From contig USHL01000001.1 in NCBI GenBank assembly GCA_900554525.1, forward strand, positions 1 to 28,150: a stretch of 28,150 bases of DNA, given 5' to 3'. This DNA comes from an uncultured Oscillospiraceae bacterium. Lineage in GTDB: Bacteria > Bacillota > Clostridia > Oscillospirales > Acutalibacteraceae. Positions 1-9,859 of this stretch are shown one piece after another (positions within the stretch are counted from its first letter, which is position 1; each line of letters opens with the position of its first letter). The notes under the pieces were generated by a model. The model was not told the DNA's origin. It searched no databases and was given only the letters and a program-made list of their open reading frames with translations. Made by a program: the position numbers and the translations under genes.

Positions 1-51
1 CGGCGACCACCGAGATCTACACTCTTTCCCTACACGACGCTCTTCCGATCT
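1..51 (+). other. Illumina P5/TruSeq universal adapter remnant (sequencing artefact)
   Basis: CGGCGACCACCGAGATCTACACTCTTTCCCTACACGACGCTCTTCCGATCT is the 3' 51 nt of the Illumina universal adapter. Confidence 0.99.
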
Positions 52-53
52 CG

Positions 54-425
54 CCCGACACCAAAATATTTTTCAATATAGAGATTTCCGAACAGGAAAA
101 GCCGGAAATAGAATATATAAAAGCTATGATACTGCGTGATTACGAGGAATATTATGAGAAAAAGCCGCGCAGTGTTCCGAAAGGAATGATTGTTCCCGTA
201 ACGGTCAACCGTCTTGAGGGCTTTCAATACATCGACCGTTTTTTCGCCGAATCGTTTCAGTCCTTTTGGGCGACATTTCCGCTTGCGGCAAAGTCCGACC
301 CGCCGCGCTACACATCCCTTAATTTTTACGCGCAGTTCAATTTCACCGAACCTAAAATTGAGTCACTTCCCTATTTCAGGCAAATATTCGAGCTGCTGGA
401 TAAAAGCGACTGCCGAGGTGATTAA
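54..425 (+). CDS. hypothetical protein, 5'-truncated at the adapter junction; paralog of 426..869
   Basis: The frame of ORF 126..425 stays open back to the adapter (PDTKIFFNIEISEQEKPEIEYIKA-MILRDY...). Shares motifs with the next ORF (PD, YE, A.FP, PP, PY.RQI). Confidence 0.7.
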   Translation, partial: PDTKIFFNIEISEQEKPEIEYIKAMILRDYEEYYEKKPRSVPKGMIVPVTVNRLEGFQYIDRFFAESFQSFWATFPLAAKSDPPRYTSLNFYAQFNFTEPKIESLPYFRQIFELLDKSDCRGD

Positions 426-869
426 ATGCTTTATTTTAAAAACGGCAGGCTCTTTATGAGTAAAATTTCACTTATAATCCCGAACGGCTGTTATATCAGA
501 ACAGAAAATCCGATAGACCCCGGGCTTGACGCCGTTGAGCTTTATTCTCCCGATAAAAGCACAGATATCTGCATATATCTTACCGAGGAAAGGCAGGAGC
601 TGAAAAAATGCCTGAAATGGGAATATGAAAGTTTTCTTGAGGGGCGCCGCCCCCAAAAATCAGCTTTCTTTGAGGAAAAATGCGGAGGTCTTACAGGCGA
701 GGGTTTCTTTCTCTTATTAAAAAAGCCTTGCGGCATATACTACGCGCTGTTTCCGATAAAACCGCCGCTTTATTTATGCGTTGAAGCCGAAACAGGAAAA
801 GACCCGGAGCTTTTAAAGGATTCGCCCTATATCAGGCAGATACTCGACAGCATCAGGAAAGAAGCATAA
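426..869 (+). CDS. hypothetical protein (147 aa)
   Basis: GAGGTG SD before ATG 426, abuts the upstream stop, ends at a terminator hairpin. Confidence 0.8.
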   Translation: MLYFKNGRLFMSKISLIIPNGCYIRTENPIDPGLDAVELYSPDKSTDICIYLTEERQELKKCLKWEYESFLEGRRPQKSAFFEEKCGGLTGEGFFLLLKKPCGIYYALFPIKPPLYLCVEAETGKDPELLKDSPYIRQILDSIRKEA

Positions 870-909
870 AAAATCCCCCGTATCCTTAAAGGATACGGGG
901 GATTCGTTT
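868..909. terminator. intrinsic terminator, probably bidirectional, ending the r-protein operon and the convergent hypothetical genes
   Basis: Perfect 16-bp inverted repeat AATCCCCCGTATCCTT (872-887) / AAGGATACGGGGGATT (889-904); A-run on the left gives a U-tract on the minus strand. Confidence 0.9.
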
Positions 910-917
910 CAATCGTC

Positions 918-1005
918 TTTTAGTACACACATCATCAGCGCAATCACGCCGGCCTGCGCCGAATCCGTTAAAAGGTTTGCGCTGTGCCCAATGTGAGTAC
1001 TAAAA
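918..1005 (-). ncRNA. putative structured RNA element in the rplQ 3' UTR
   Basis: Nested stems: 918-932/991-1005 (14 of 15 bp), 936-943/977-984 (8 bp), apical 949-953/958-962. Confidence 0.55.
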
Positions 1006-1013
1006 CAGGAGAA

Positions 1014-1355
1014 TCAGATTAACTCGATAATCGCCATTTCGGCAGCGTCGCCGCGGCGCGGACCTGTTTTAACGATACGGCAGTAGCCGCCGTTAACCTC
1101 CGAATATTTCGGGGCAATCTCATTGAAGAGCTTGCTTACAACGTCCTCCTTGGTGATAAACGCCAAAGCCTGGCGCTTGCTGCTCAGGTTGTTATTTTTC
1201 GCGAGTGTAATATACTTCTCCGCCATTGACCTTACTTCCTTAGCGCGGGTAACGGTGGTTTCGATTCTGCCGTTTTCAAGCAGATAGGTCACCATTGCCC
1301 TCAGCATGGCAGTTCTGTGGTCGCTGGTTCTTCCGAGTTTACGGGTACCTGGCAT
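1014..1355 (-). CDS. rplQ: 50S ribosomal protein L17 (bL17)
   Basis: [17 protein letters not shown] and [13 protein letters not shown] motifs; follows rpoA. Confidence 0.99.
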   Translation of the reverse strand: MPGTRKLGRTSDHRTAMLRAMVTYLLENGRIETTVTRAKEVRSMAEKYITLAKNNNLSSKRQALAFITKEDVVSKLFNEIAPKYSEVNGGYCRIVKTGPRRGDAAEMAIIELI

Positions 1356-1386
1356 TTCTATTCACTCCTTAAACAGTGATTTTGCT

Positions 1387-2337
1387 TTATTCGTCTTCGT
1401 GCTTGAGGGTAAAGCCAAATGAATTCAGCTTTGCAATAACCTCTTCAAGCGACTTGCGTCCCAAGTTTCTGACCTTCATCATATCCTCTTCGGACTTATT
1501 GATAAGGTCTTCAACCGTATTGATGCCCGCGCGCTTTAAGCAGTTAAAGCTGCGGACAGACAGATCCAGTTCATCGATGGTAAGATCAAGAACCTTTTCC
1601 TTTTCGTTTTCGCTCTTCTCGGCCATAATGCTTTCGGTCTCGCAGACGCCCTCGGTAAGGTTGAGGAACAGCTCAAGATGCTCGATAAGCACCTTGGCAG
1701 ACATAGAGACCGCCTCGTTCGCCTTGATTGAGCCGTCGGTCCAAACCTCAAGGGTAAGTCTGCCCTTATCGGTAACATTGCCGACACGGGTATCTTCTAC
1801 CGTAAAGTTAGCCTTAAGCACCGGTGTATAGATAGAGTCAACGGGAATAACGCCGATTATATTCTGCGCCGGCCTGTTCTGCTCGGCGGGCACATAGCCC
1901 CGGCCCTTGTCAAGCGTCATTTCCATATTGAGCTTGGCGCCCGCGTCAAGGGTAGCGATATACATTTCGGGATTGAGTATCTCAATCTCCGAATCGGCCT
2001 TTATCGAAGCCGCGGTAACAACGCAGGGTCCCTCTGCCTCGATATAAATCTTTTTTGACGTATCGGAATGGAGCTTTGCAATCAGACCCTTTATGTTAAG
2101 GATGATTTCGGTGACATCCTCTTTAACGCCGGGAATGGTGGAAAACTCATGAACTACTCCGTCAATCTTGACCGAGGTCACCGCGACGCCCGGCATAATC
2201 GAGAGCAGGACGCGCCTCATACTGTTGCCGAGAGTGGTGGCATAGCCACGCTCCAGCGGCTCCATAACAAACTTGCCGTATGTGCCGTCGGCGGCAAGCA
2301 TGGTTGTATCTATTCTGGGCTTTTCAATTTCTATCAT
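1387..2337 (-). CDS. rpoA: DNA-directed RNA polymerase subunit alpha
   Basis: EPLERGY.TTLGNS.RRVLLS; C-terminal [14 protein letters not shown] and [10 protein letters not shown]. Confidence 0.99.
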   Translation of the reverse strand: MIEIEKPRIDTTMLAADGTYGKFVMEPLERGYATTLGNSMRRVLLSIMPGVAVTSVKIDGVVHEFSTIPGVKEDVTEIILNIKGLIAKLHSDTSKKIYIEAEGPCVVTAASIKADSEIEILNPEMYIATLDAGAKLNMEMTLDKGRGYVPAEQNRPAQNIIGVIPVDSIYTPVLKANFTVEDTRVGNVTDKGRLTLEVWTDGSIKANEAVSMSAKVLIEHLELFLNLTEGVCETESIMAEKSENEKEKVLDLTIDELDLSVRSFNCLKRAGINTVEDLINKSEEDMMKVRNLGRKSLEEVIAKLNSFGFTLKHEDE

Positions 2338-2415
2338 TTAAAAGCTCCGTTTCTCCGTACTGTATATTTTTTAAGCATAACGCCCGGTACGGGAGACGTT
2401 ATGACAGCGCAGTCA

Positions 2416-3042
2416 TTACTTAGAATAGTACTCAACGATAAGCTGCTCGTCTACCGGAGCCTCTATCTGCTCTCTGGTCGGCAGACTGATAATCTTAGCC
2501 TCAAGCTTATCACGGTCAACATCGATCCACTGCGGAACCGGCCTTGCACCGTTAGCCTCTAAAACAGCCTTCATCTTTTCGCTGCCGCGGCTCTTCTCGC
2601 AGACTGAAATCACATCGCCGGCCTTGACAAGGTAGGAAGCGATATCCACGCGTCTGCCATTGACCTCATAATGGCCATGACCGACAAGCTGTCTTGCTTC
2701 CGCTCTTGACGAAGCGAAGCCTACTCTGTAAACGACATTATCAAGGCGGCTTTCAAGGATTCTTAAAAGATTATCGCCGGTAATGCCCTGCTTTCTTTCG
2801 GCAATTTCAAAATAATGATGGAACTGATTTTCCTGCACACCGTAGAAACGTCTTGCGGTCTGCTTGGCGCGAAGCTGAAGTCCGTATTCGGACGACTTCT
2901 TTCTGCCCTGTCCGTGCTGGCCGGGGGCATAGCCTCTGATGCCTACCGAACATTTCTCAGAATAGCAGCGTTCGCCCTTGAGGAACAGCTTCTGACCCTC
3001 GCGGCGGCAAAGTCTGCACACCGCACCGGTATATCTTGCCAT
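2416..3042 (-). CDS. rpsD: 30S ribosomal protein S4 (uS4), Cys-containing zinc-binding form
   Basis: [35 protein letters not shown]; start reset to ATG 3042 after GGAGG SD. Confidence 0.99.
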   Translation of the reverse strand: MARYTGAVCRLCRREGQKLFLKGERCYSEKCSVGIRGYAPGQHGQGRKKSSEYGLQLRAKQTARRFYGVQENQFHHYFEIAERKQGITGDNLLRILESRLDNVVYRVGFASSRAEARQLVGHGHYEVNGRRVDIASYLVKAGDVISVCEKSRGSEKMKAVLEANGARPVPQWIDVDRDKLEAKIISLPTREQIEAPVDEQLIVEYYSK

Positions 3043-3103
3043 TCTATTACACCTCCAAAAATTTAACTGCAAATATTATTGCACTCATAAGTTTGCTTTC
3101 AGA

Positions 3104-3505
3104 TTATACGCGTCTTCTCTTGGGAGGACGGCAACCGTTGTGCGGAATCGGGGTAACGTCCTTTATCATGCTTACCTCTAATCCGGCGGTCTGTAATGCG
3201 CGGATCGCAGCCTCGCGTCCGGCGCCCGGGCCCTTTACGTACACTTCAACCGACTTAAGTCCATGCTCCATAGCCGCCTTGGCAGCGGTTTCTGCCGCGC
3301 TCTGTGCCGCGAACGGAGTCGATTTTCTCGAGCCTCTGAAACCCAATTCACCGGCAGAAGCCCATGAAAGAGCATTCCCCTGAGTATCGGTGATGGTAAC
3401 GATGGTATTGTTGAAGGTAGACTGGATATGGGCAGAGCCGCGTTCGATATTCTTTTTCTCACGGCGACGGCGAGTAGCTGTCGTCTTGGCTTTAGTTGTA
3501 GCCAT
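3104..3505 (-). CDS. rpsK: 30S ribosomal protein S11 (uS11)
   Basis: [33 protein letters not shown]. Confidence 0.99.
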   Translation of the reverse strand: MATTKAKTTATRRRREKKNIERGSAHIQSTFNNTIVTITDTQGNALSWASAGELGFRGSRKSTPFAAQSAAETAAKAAMEHGLKSVEVYVKGPGAGREAAIRALQTAGLEVSMIKDVTPIPHNGCRPPKRRRV

Positions 3506-3520
3506 ATTATCTTCCCTCCG

Positions 3521-3889
3521 TTACTTCTTCTTGTTAGCTATCGTCTTCTTCGGACCCTTGCGCGTGCGCGCGTTGGTCTTGGAGCGCTGACCCCTTACGG
3601 GCAGGCCCTTGCGGTGACGAAGACCGCGGTAGCTACCGATTTCAATAAGTCTTTTGATATCAAATGCGATGGTACGGCGACGGTCACCTTCTACTTGAAG
3701 GTTATGGTCGATATACTCACGCAGCTTTGAAATATCGTCTTCGTTTAAGTCCTTCACTCTGGTATCGGGATTGATACCGGTGTCTGCAAGGATTTTTCTC
3801 GATGTCGTAAGACCGATTCCGAAAATATAGGTAAGGCCTATTTCGACCCGCTTCTCGTTCGGAAGGTCAACACCAGCAATACGTGCCAT
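3521..3889 (-). CDS. rpsM: 30S ribosomal protein S13 (uS13)
   Basis: [36 protein letters not shown]. Confidence 0.99.
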   Translation of the reverse strand: MARIAGVDLPNEKRVEIGLTYIFGIGLTTSRKILADTGINPDTRVKDLNEDDISKLREYIDHNLQVEGDRRRTIAFDIKRLIEIGSYRGLRHRKGLPVRGQRSKTNARTRKGPKKTIANKKK

Positions 3890-3925
3890 TTATCAAAGCA
3901 CCTCCATTTTTATTACTCGCGCAGT

Positions 3926-4039
3926 TTAACCCTGACGCTGCTTGTGCTTCGGGTTTTCGCAGATAACCATTACCTTGCCCTTGCGCTTAATAATTTTGCA
4001 TTTCTCGCAAATCTTTTTAACAGAAGGTCTGACTTTCAT
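3926..4039 (-). CDS. rpmJ: 50S ribosomal protein L36 (bL36), zinc-ribbon form
   Basis: Below the ORF-track size cut-off; my translation is [46 protein letters not shown]. Confidence 0.98.
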   Translation of the reverse strand: MKVRPSVKKICEKCKIIKRKGKVMVICENPKHKQRQG

Positions 4040-4069
4040 TCGATTTTGCCTCCTTAAAATTCTCGACTG

Positions 4070-4288
4070 TTACTTGGAACGCCAGGTTATACGACCCTTT
4101 GAAAGGTCGTACGGAGACATTTCAACAGTCACCTTGTCCCCCGGTAAGATGCGGATAAAATTCATACGCAGCTTGCCGGATATATGGGCAAGTATCACAT
4201 GTCCCCCCTGGATCTCAACCTTGAACATTGCGTTCGGCATTGCTTCAACAACGACGCCCTCAAGCTCAATCATATCTTCCTTAGACAT
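4070..4288 (-). CDS. infA: translation initiation factor IF-1
   Basis: [11 protein letters not shown]...[29 protein letters not shown]; start reset to ATG 4288 after AAGGAGG. Confidence 0.99.
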   Translation of the reverse strand: MSKEDMIELEGVVVEAMPNAMFKVEIQGGHVILAHISGKLRMNFIRILPGDKVTVEMSPYDLSKGRITWRSK

Positions 4289-4541
4289 TTTCTGCTGCCT
4301 CCTTAGCGGCGCGGCTTCTGTAAACCGCGAGCTCCCGTTTAAGTGATTTATTTGTTGAATAGCTGTTTTTTTCAAGATAGGTGTTTGTCATCGCCAAATG
4401 CTTTGCATTCTTGCGTTTAGGTCTTTCAAGCGGCCTTTCCTTGCCGTCCGCGACGTAGAGGAAGCCGTCCTCGGCCTTTACAACCACCATAAAATACCCT
4501 TTATCGCGCCCTGCCTTCGAACATACGATACGCCCCTCCAT
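4281..4541 (-). CDS. KOW-domain RNA-binding protein (L14E-like)
   Basis: [34 protein letters not shown]; usual Firmicute position between map and infA. Confidence 0.92.
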   Translation of the reverse strand: MEGRIVCSKAGRDKGYFMVVVKAEDGFLYVADGKERPLERPKRKNAKHLAMTNTYLEKNSYSTNKSLKRELAVYRSRAAKEAAENV

Positions 4542-4549
4542 ACGGCACC

Positions 4550-5299
4550 TCAGACAACTGTCATGATTTTGGGGCCGTCGGCGGTTATCGCGACCGTATG
4601 CTCAAAGTGAGCCGATAGCGAGCCGTCTTTAGTTAAAACAGTCCATCCGTCCGGCTGGATATTTACATCAGGGCCTCCGGCGTTTACCATTGGCTCTATT
4701 GCAATCGTCATGCCGGGCATAAGACGAATCCCTCTTCCGGGCTGACCGAAATTCGGCACCTCGGGTGCCTCGTGAAGCTTTGTACCCACTCCGTGACCGA
4801 TAAATTTACGGACCACGGAAAAGCCGCGCGCTTCTATATAGGATTGTATCGCGTGGCCGATATCGCCGATTCTGCCGCCTGAGCGCGCCGCGCTTATGCC
4901 TTCGTAAAGACTTTCACGCGTAGCGTCCATCAGCCGCTTCGCCTCCGCGGATATGTCTCCGCAGGCGAAAGTGGCGGCATTGTCGCCGTTGTACCCTTGA
5001 AATCTTGCCCCGAGGTCGATGCTCACGATATCGCCCGCTTTAAGCTTACGGCTCTTTGAGGGAATACCGTGAATCACTTCGTTGTTGACGGATATACAGG
5101 CGGCGGCGGGGTAACCCTCGTAGTTTTTGAAGTTCGGTTCTCCGCCCTGGCTTCGGATATATTTCTCCGCCAGACGGTTGATTTCCGCGGTGGTAACCCC
5201 GGGCTCAACCGCTTCGCCGGCTGTTTGTAAAGCTCCGGCCGATATTCTGCAAGCTTCTTTCATTATTTTAAGCTCGCGGCCGGTTTTAAGCACTATCAT
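4550..5299 (-). CDS. map: type I methionine aminopeptidase
   Basis: CISVNNEVIHGIP, GDIVSIDLG, GHGVG..LHE.P, IAIEPMVN, SAHFEHTV. Confidence 0.98.
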   Translation of the reverse strand: MIVLKTGRELKIMKEACRISAGALQTAGEAVEPGVTTAEINRLAEKYIRSQGGEPNFKNYEGYPAAACISVNNEVIHGIPSKSRKLKAGDIVSIDLGARFQGYNGDNAATFACGDISAEAKRLMDATRESLYEGISAARSGGRIGDIGHAIQSYIEARGFSVVRKFIGHGVGTKLHEAPEVPNFGQPGRGIRLMPGMTIAIEPMVNAGGPDVNIQPDGWTVLTKDGSLSAHFEHTVAITADGPKIMTVV

Positions 5300-5934
5300 A
5301 TCAGCTTCTCCAATGCTTCAAGTACAAGACGGGTGGTATCCGCCACTTCCTCCTGCCCCTCGACAGTGATAAGCTTTCCGCAGCTTTCATAAAAGCTTTT
5401 GAGCGGCTCGGTCTGCTCGTGATAAACATGCAGGCGGTTCTTTACCGTTTCGGGCTCGTCGTCCTTACGGATGACCAAGCTGCCGCCGCATACGTTGCAG
5501 ACACCCTCCGCCGCCGGCTTTTTATACTCGGTGTGGTAGCTGGCGCCGCACTTTTCGCACACGCGCCTGCCCGACATACGCTTAATTATCTCGGCGTCGG
5601 ATACTTCTATCGAAAGCGCCGCGTCGATTTTAAAGCCCATATCGTCAAGTGCCTCGGCCTGCGGAATCGTCCGCGGGAAGCCGTCTAAAATATAACCGTT
5701 TTCACAGTCGCTTTCAGACAGGCGTTCCTTTATGATGCCTATAACGACATCATCGGGAACAAGCTCGCCCGCGTCGATATACGATTTTGCTTTAAGTCCC
5801 ATTTCCGTACCGTTTTTGAGCGCAGCACGAATGATGTTGCCGGTGGAAATGGTAGGAATATTGTACTTCCCGGAGATTATCTCCGCCTGGGTGCCCTTCC
5901 CGGCTCCCGGTGCTCCTAAAAGAATGAGCTTCAT
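5296..5934 (-). CDS. adk: adenylate kinase with zinc-binding LID
   Basis: GAPGAGKGTQ P-loop, LDGFPRT, CEKC...CNVC LID. Confidence 0.99.
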   Translation of the reverse strand: MKLILLGAPGAGKGTQAEIISGKYNIPTISTGNIIRAALKNGTEMGLKAKSYIDAGELVPDDVVIGIIKERLSESDCENGYILDGFPRTIPQAEALDDMGFKIDAALSIEVSDAEIIKRMSGRRVCEKCGASYHTEYKKPAAEGVCNVCGGSLVIRKDDEPETVKNRLHVYHEQTEPLKSFYESCGKLITVEGQEEVADTTRLVLEALEKLI

Positions 5935-5951
5935 ATCACATACTCCTTAAA

Positions 5952-7229
5952 TTAATCCAAGAACCCTTTATAATGACGCATCATCATCTGAGATTCCAGA
6001 TTTCGGACAGTGTCAAGCGCAACGCCGACCATAATCAGTACCGAAGTGCCGCCGAGTGAAATATTAATTCCGCCGACGGTTCCGATAAGGATCGGCAGTA
6101 TCGCGATTACGCTGAGGAATAAGGCTCCCATCAGTGTAATTCTTGACAGTATTTTTGAAATAAAATCAGAAGTTGGTTTTCCGGGACGTATTCCGGGAAT
6201 AGCGCCGCCGTTCTTGCGCAGGTTATTTGCCATTTCAACCGGGTTGAACTGAATGGTCGCATAGAAATATGCGAAGCCGATTATCAAAAGGAAATAAATA
6301 ACCGCGTAGAAAACACCCTGAACGCTGAAAAGCGAAAGCACTTTATACCATGCGTTGTCGGTATCATGCATAAACGAAAGGATCATCGTCGGAAGCATCA
6401 GTATGGACGACGCAAAGATTATCGGCATAACGCCCGACATATTGACCTTGATCGGAATATGTGTGTTCTGCCCGCCGTACATCTTGTTACCGACGACGCG
6501 CTTTGCGTACTGTACCGGAATACGGCGCTCCGCCTCGGTCATCCAGACTATAAAAACGATGACCGCGAGGAAAAGCAGCACAATCGCCACAACCGCAACC
6601 TGCATGCCGAGCTCCCAATACTTTATAAGCATATCCAGAGCCTGCGGACCGCGGGAAATAATACCCGCAAACAGCAGTATCGAAATACCGTTGCCGATAC
6701 CCTTGACGTCAATCTGCTCGCCCAGCCACATTACCAGCGCCGAGCCTGCGGTAAACGCAAGCACGATAACAAAGGCCGCAAAAACGACCGCGCCGCCGGA
6801 AACGCTCAGATAGCCGCTGTTGTTGAGATAGAAGAAATAGGCCGTACCCTGAATCAGAGCCAGCACCACCGTCACATAACGTGTGATCTGCGCCATCTTC
6901 TTCTGCCCCTCCTCGCCCTCTTTCTGCAGACGCTCGAGCGCGGGGATGGCAACAGCTAAAAGCTGCATTATGATCGAAGAGTTGATGTACGGTGTCACCG
7001 ACATCGCGAAGATGGCGCCGTACTCAAGACCGCCTCCGGTCAAAATAGATAAATAACTGAAAAATTCGTTGACTGCTCCCGTTTCGTTCGCCGATTTCAG
7101 CGCCGCCACATCAATATAGGGCACCGGAATTACCGAACCGATACGGAAAATCAAAATAATGAAAATGGTAAAAAGAATCTTATTGCGTATTTCTTTTACT
7201 TTCCAGGCGTTTCTTAAGGTCTCAAACAT
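5952..7229 (-). CDS. secY: preprotein translocase subunit SecY
   Basis: PYINSSIIMQLL, GIGNGISILLFAGI, GVMPIIFASS, IPGIRPGKPT, GGTSVLIMVGV. Confidence 0.99.
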   Translation of the reverse strand: MFETLRNAWKVKEIRNKILFTIFIILIFRIGSVIPVPYIDVAALKSANETGAVNEFFSYLSILTGGGLEYGAIFAMSVTPYINSSIIMQLLAVAIPALERLQKEGEEGQKKMAQITRYVTVVLALIQGTAYFFYLNNSGYLSVSGGAVVFAAFVIVLAFTAGSALVMWLGEQIDVKGIGNGISILLFAGIISRGPQALDMLIKYWELGMQVAVVAIVLLFLAVIVFIVWMTEAERRIPVQYAKRVVGNKMYGGQNTHIPIKVNMSGVMPIIFASSILMLPTMILSFMHDTDNAWYKVLSLFSVQGVFYAVIYFLLIIGFAYFYATIQFNPVEMANNLRKNGGAIPGIRPGKPTSDFISKILSRITLMGALFLSVIAILPILIGTVGGINISLGGTSVLIMVGVALDTVRNLESQMMMRHYKGFLD

Positions 7230-7669
7230 CAGATCACCTCAGCCTTTCCGCCGGCTGCATTGATTTTTTCAGCGGCAGATGCAGAAAAAGCGTTGAGCTT
7301 TACGGTAAGCTTTTTGGTAAGCTTTCCGTTGCCCAGAACCTTTACGGGCAGGTTTGCTTTCTTCACTATACCCTTTTCGTTCAGAGCCGCCGCGTCTACA
7401 ACCGCGCCGTCCTCGAACACTTCAAGAGCGGATACGTTGACTGCAGCCCATTCCTCAGCAAAAATGTTGTTGAAGCCGCGCTTCGGCACACGCCTCTGCA
7501 AAGGCATCTGACCGCCCTCAAAGCCCGGTCTCATGCCGCGACCGGCACGCGCCTTCTGACCCTTATGCCCCTTGCCGGCAGTTTTGCCGTTGCCTGAGCC
7601 ATGGCCTCTGCCTATGCGCTTTGACTCCTTAGTAGAGCCAACAGCCGGAGATAATTCATGCATTTTCAT
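7229..7669 (-). CDS. rplO: 50S ribosomal protein L15 (uL15)
   Basis: [39 protein letters not shown]; start ATG 7669 chosen by SD spacing. Confidence 0.99.
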   Translation of the reverse strand: MKMHELSPAVGSTKESKRIGRGHGSGNGKTAGKGHKGQKARAGRGMRPGFEGGQMPLQRRVPKRGFNNIFAEEWAAVNVSALEVFEDGAVVDAAALNEKGIVKKANLPVKVLGNGKLTKKLTVKLNAFSASAAEKINAAGGKAEVI

Positions 7670-7760
7670 TGTTCGCACCTCCTTGCTTGATTCGCGGTTT
7701 TACCGCATTGCCGCCAAAGGCGGCGTTTGAGCCGCGGCAGAACTGCCGCAGCAAAACAGA

Positions 7761-7958
7761 TTACTTGCTTTCAGACACTTCTAAAAGATGTGAAATCTTG
7801 TTGATCTTTCCGCGGGTCTGAGCATTATCCGGCTGGATTTTCTCATCGCCCACCTTGAAAAGACCGAGTGCATTGGCAGTGGCAATCTGATCCTTCTTGG
7901 AACCGATAGTGCTTTTTACCAGCTTTATTTTAAGGCCGGCAGCCTTTTTTGTTGCCAT
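7761..7958 (-). CDS. rpmD: 50S ribosomal protein L30 (uL30)
   Basis: [11 protein letters not shown]...ALGL.K...[16 protein letters not shown]; start reset to ATG 7958 after GGAGGAG; synteny. Confidence 0.97.
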   Translation of the reverse strand: MATKKAAGLKIKLVKSTIGSKKDQIATANALGLFKVGDEKIQPDNAQTRGKINKISHLLEVSESK

Positions 7959-7972
7959 AATGCTGCTCCTCC

Positions 7973-8476
7973 TTAGCCTATGATTTCCTTGACGGACTTG
8001 CCGCGTACGGCGGCGACCTCTTCGGCGCTTCTGAGCGAAGCAAGGCCGGCCACGGTGGCGCGGACTACGTTGCAAGGATTATTGGAACGTAAAGCCTTGG
8101 TACGGATATCGGAAATTCCGACCGTTTCAACAACCGCACGCACGGCGCCGCCCGCTATAACGCCGGTACCGGGGGCGGCGGGCTTCATAAGAACGCGTCC
8201 CGCGCCGAATGCGCCGATTACCTCATGCGGAATGGTGGTACCCTTCAGTGATACCTTGATAAGATTCTTTTTAGCGTCTTCAATTCCCTTGCGGATAGCG
8301 TCCGGAACTTCGCCGGCCTTACCGAGGCCGTAGCCTACGATGCCGTTGCCGTCGCCCACGACCACAAGCGCGGAGAATTTCATAATGCGTCCGCCCTTGA
8401 CAGTCTTGGAAACGCGGTTTATAGCGACGACGCGCTCTTTAAGATCTAATGTTGATGCGTCAATATTTGTAGCCAA
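7973..8476 (-). CDS. rpsE: 30S ribosomal protein S5 (uS5), TTG start
   Basis: [33 protein letters not shown]. Confidence 0.99.
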   Translation of the reverse strand: MATNIDASTLDLKERVVAINRVSKTVKGGRIMKFSALVVVGDGNGIVGYGLGKAGEVPDAIRKGIEDAKKNLIKVSLKGTTIPHEVIGAFGAGRVLMKPAAPGTGVIAGGAVRAVVETVGISDIRTKALRSNNPCNVVRATVAGLASLRSAEEVAAVRGKSVKEIIG

Positions 8477-8491
8477 AAGTATTCCTCCTTA

Positions 8492-8851
8492 TCAGAACTT
8501 AAGGCCGCCCTCGCGGGCACCTTCGGCAAGCTCCTGAACGCGGCCGTGATAAATGTATCCGCCGCGGTCAAAAACGACCTCGGTGATGCCCTTTTCAGCG
8601 GCACGTGCAGCAATTAACTGTCCAACCTTGCGGGCTCCCTCTTTGTTTCCGCCGGAAATTCCGAAATCCTTCTCATTCGAAGCGGCGGCTGCGAGGGTAA
8701 CACCGTTTTCATCGTCGATAAGCTGGGCGTAAATATTGCAGTTGGAGCGGAATACATCAAGGCGGGGACGCTGTGCCGTACCGCTGATCTTTGAACGGAC
8801 GCGGGTATGGCGCTTAAGTCTTGCCTTATTACTGTTAGGTTTAGTAACCAT
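8492..8851 (-). CDS. rplR: 50S ribosomal protein L18 (uL18)
   Basis: [32 protein letters not shown]. Confidence 0.99.
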   Translation of the reverse strand: MVTKPNSNKARLKRHTRVRSKISGTAQRPRLDVFRSNCNIYAQLIDDENGVTLAAAASNEKDFGISGGNKEGARKVGQLIAARAAEKGITEVVFDRGGYIYHGRVQELAEGAREGGLKF

Positions 8852-8869
8852 AGTTTGTATACTCCTTTA

Positions 8870-9418
8870 TTATTTCTTTGCACCCTTGCCGGCTTTACCT
8901 TCTTTGCGGCGGATATGCTCATCGGCGTACTTGATGCCCTTGCCCTTATACGGCTCCGGCGGACGCTTCTCGCGCACCTCTGCTGCAAACTGACCGACCT
9001 GCTGCTTATCTGCACCGCTGATAACCACAAGGTTAGGAGACGGTACGTCAATGGTAATCCCGTCCACCTCAGGAACGATTACCTGATGGGAAAAGCCAAG
9101 ATTCATCACAAGATTTTTACCCTGCTTCTGGGCACGGTAGCCTACGCCGTTTACCTCGAGCTGCTTGGAGTAGCCGTTGGTTACACCCTCTACCATATTG
9201 GCGATGAGCGTACGGGTAAGGCCGTGCAGCGAACGGTGGTTCTTATCGTCGGAAGGACGGGTAACAATGACCTCATTGCCCTCTACGGCAATAGACATAG
9301 CTGAATTGAAGGTGTTTTTAAGCTCTCCCTTCGGACCCTTGACCGTTACTTCCGAGCCGTTTACTTTAACATCCACTCCGGCAGGGATGGTGATAGGTTT
9401 CTTTCCTATTCGTGACAT
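8870..9418 (-). CDS. rplF: 50S ribosomal protein L6 (uL6)
   Basis: [22 protein letters not shown]. Confidence 0.99.
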   Translation of the reverse strand: MSRIGKKPITIPAGVDVKVNGSEVTVKGPKGELKNTFNSAMSIAVEGNEVIVTRPSDDKNHRSLHGLTRTLIANMVEGVTNGYSKQLEVNGVGYRAQKQGKNLVMNLGFSHQVIVPEVDGITIDVPSPNLVVISGADKQQVGQFAAEVREKRPPEPYKGKGIKYADEHIRRKEGKAGKGAKK

Positions 9419-9432
9419 TCCAATGCACCTCC

Positions 9433-9831
9433 TTACCAGACGAAAGCGAGGACTTCGCCGCCTACGTTTGCCTTGCGAGCCTGCTTGTCTGTCATTATAC
9501 CCTTAGAGGTGGAAAGGATGGCTATGCCGAGGCCTCTCATAACCTTGGGCATATCCTCTACATTTGTATAAATGCGCAGACCCGGCTTTGAAACCCTTCT
9601 GATACCGTTTATGATCTGTGCTTTATTCTGGCCGTATTTCAGCGTGATGTGAATTACGCCCTGCTTTCCGTCTTCCTCGACCTGAAAGCCTGTTATATAT
9701 CCCTCGTCAAGCAAGATCTGTGCTATTGCTTTCTTGACATTTGACGCCGGAACATCTACCGAATCGTGCTTTGCCGAAGATGCGTTGCGTATTCTCGTAA
9801 GCATATCGGCTATTGTATCGGTAATTTGCAA
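9433..9831 (-). CDS. rpsH: 30S ribosomal protein S8 (uS8), likely TTG start
   Basis: [37 protein letters not shown] 9831 is well spaced from AAAGGAGG. Confidence 0.98.
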   Translation of the reverse strand: MQITDTIADMLTRIRNASSAKHDSVDVPASNVKKAIAQILLDEGYITGFQVEEDGKQGVIHITLKYGQNKAQIINGIRRVSKPGLRIYTNVEDMPKVMRGLGIAILSTSKGIMTDKQARKANVGGEVLAFVW

Positions 9832-9859
9832 TGCCGTCAACCTCCTTTAGCGTTTTGCC

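Noticed and set aside
30..227. Minus-strand 65-aa ORF
   Set aside because: Antisense to the real gene and its 3' end lies in the Illumina adapter.
918..1005. Possible SRP RNA, 6S RNA or tRNA identity for the rplQ downstream structure
   Set aside because: No SRP CAGG..GGAA..AGCAG core, no cloverleaf or TTC loop, and too short for 6S.
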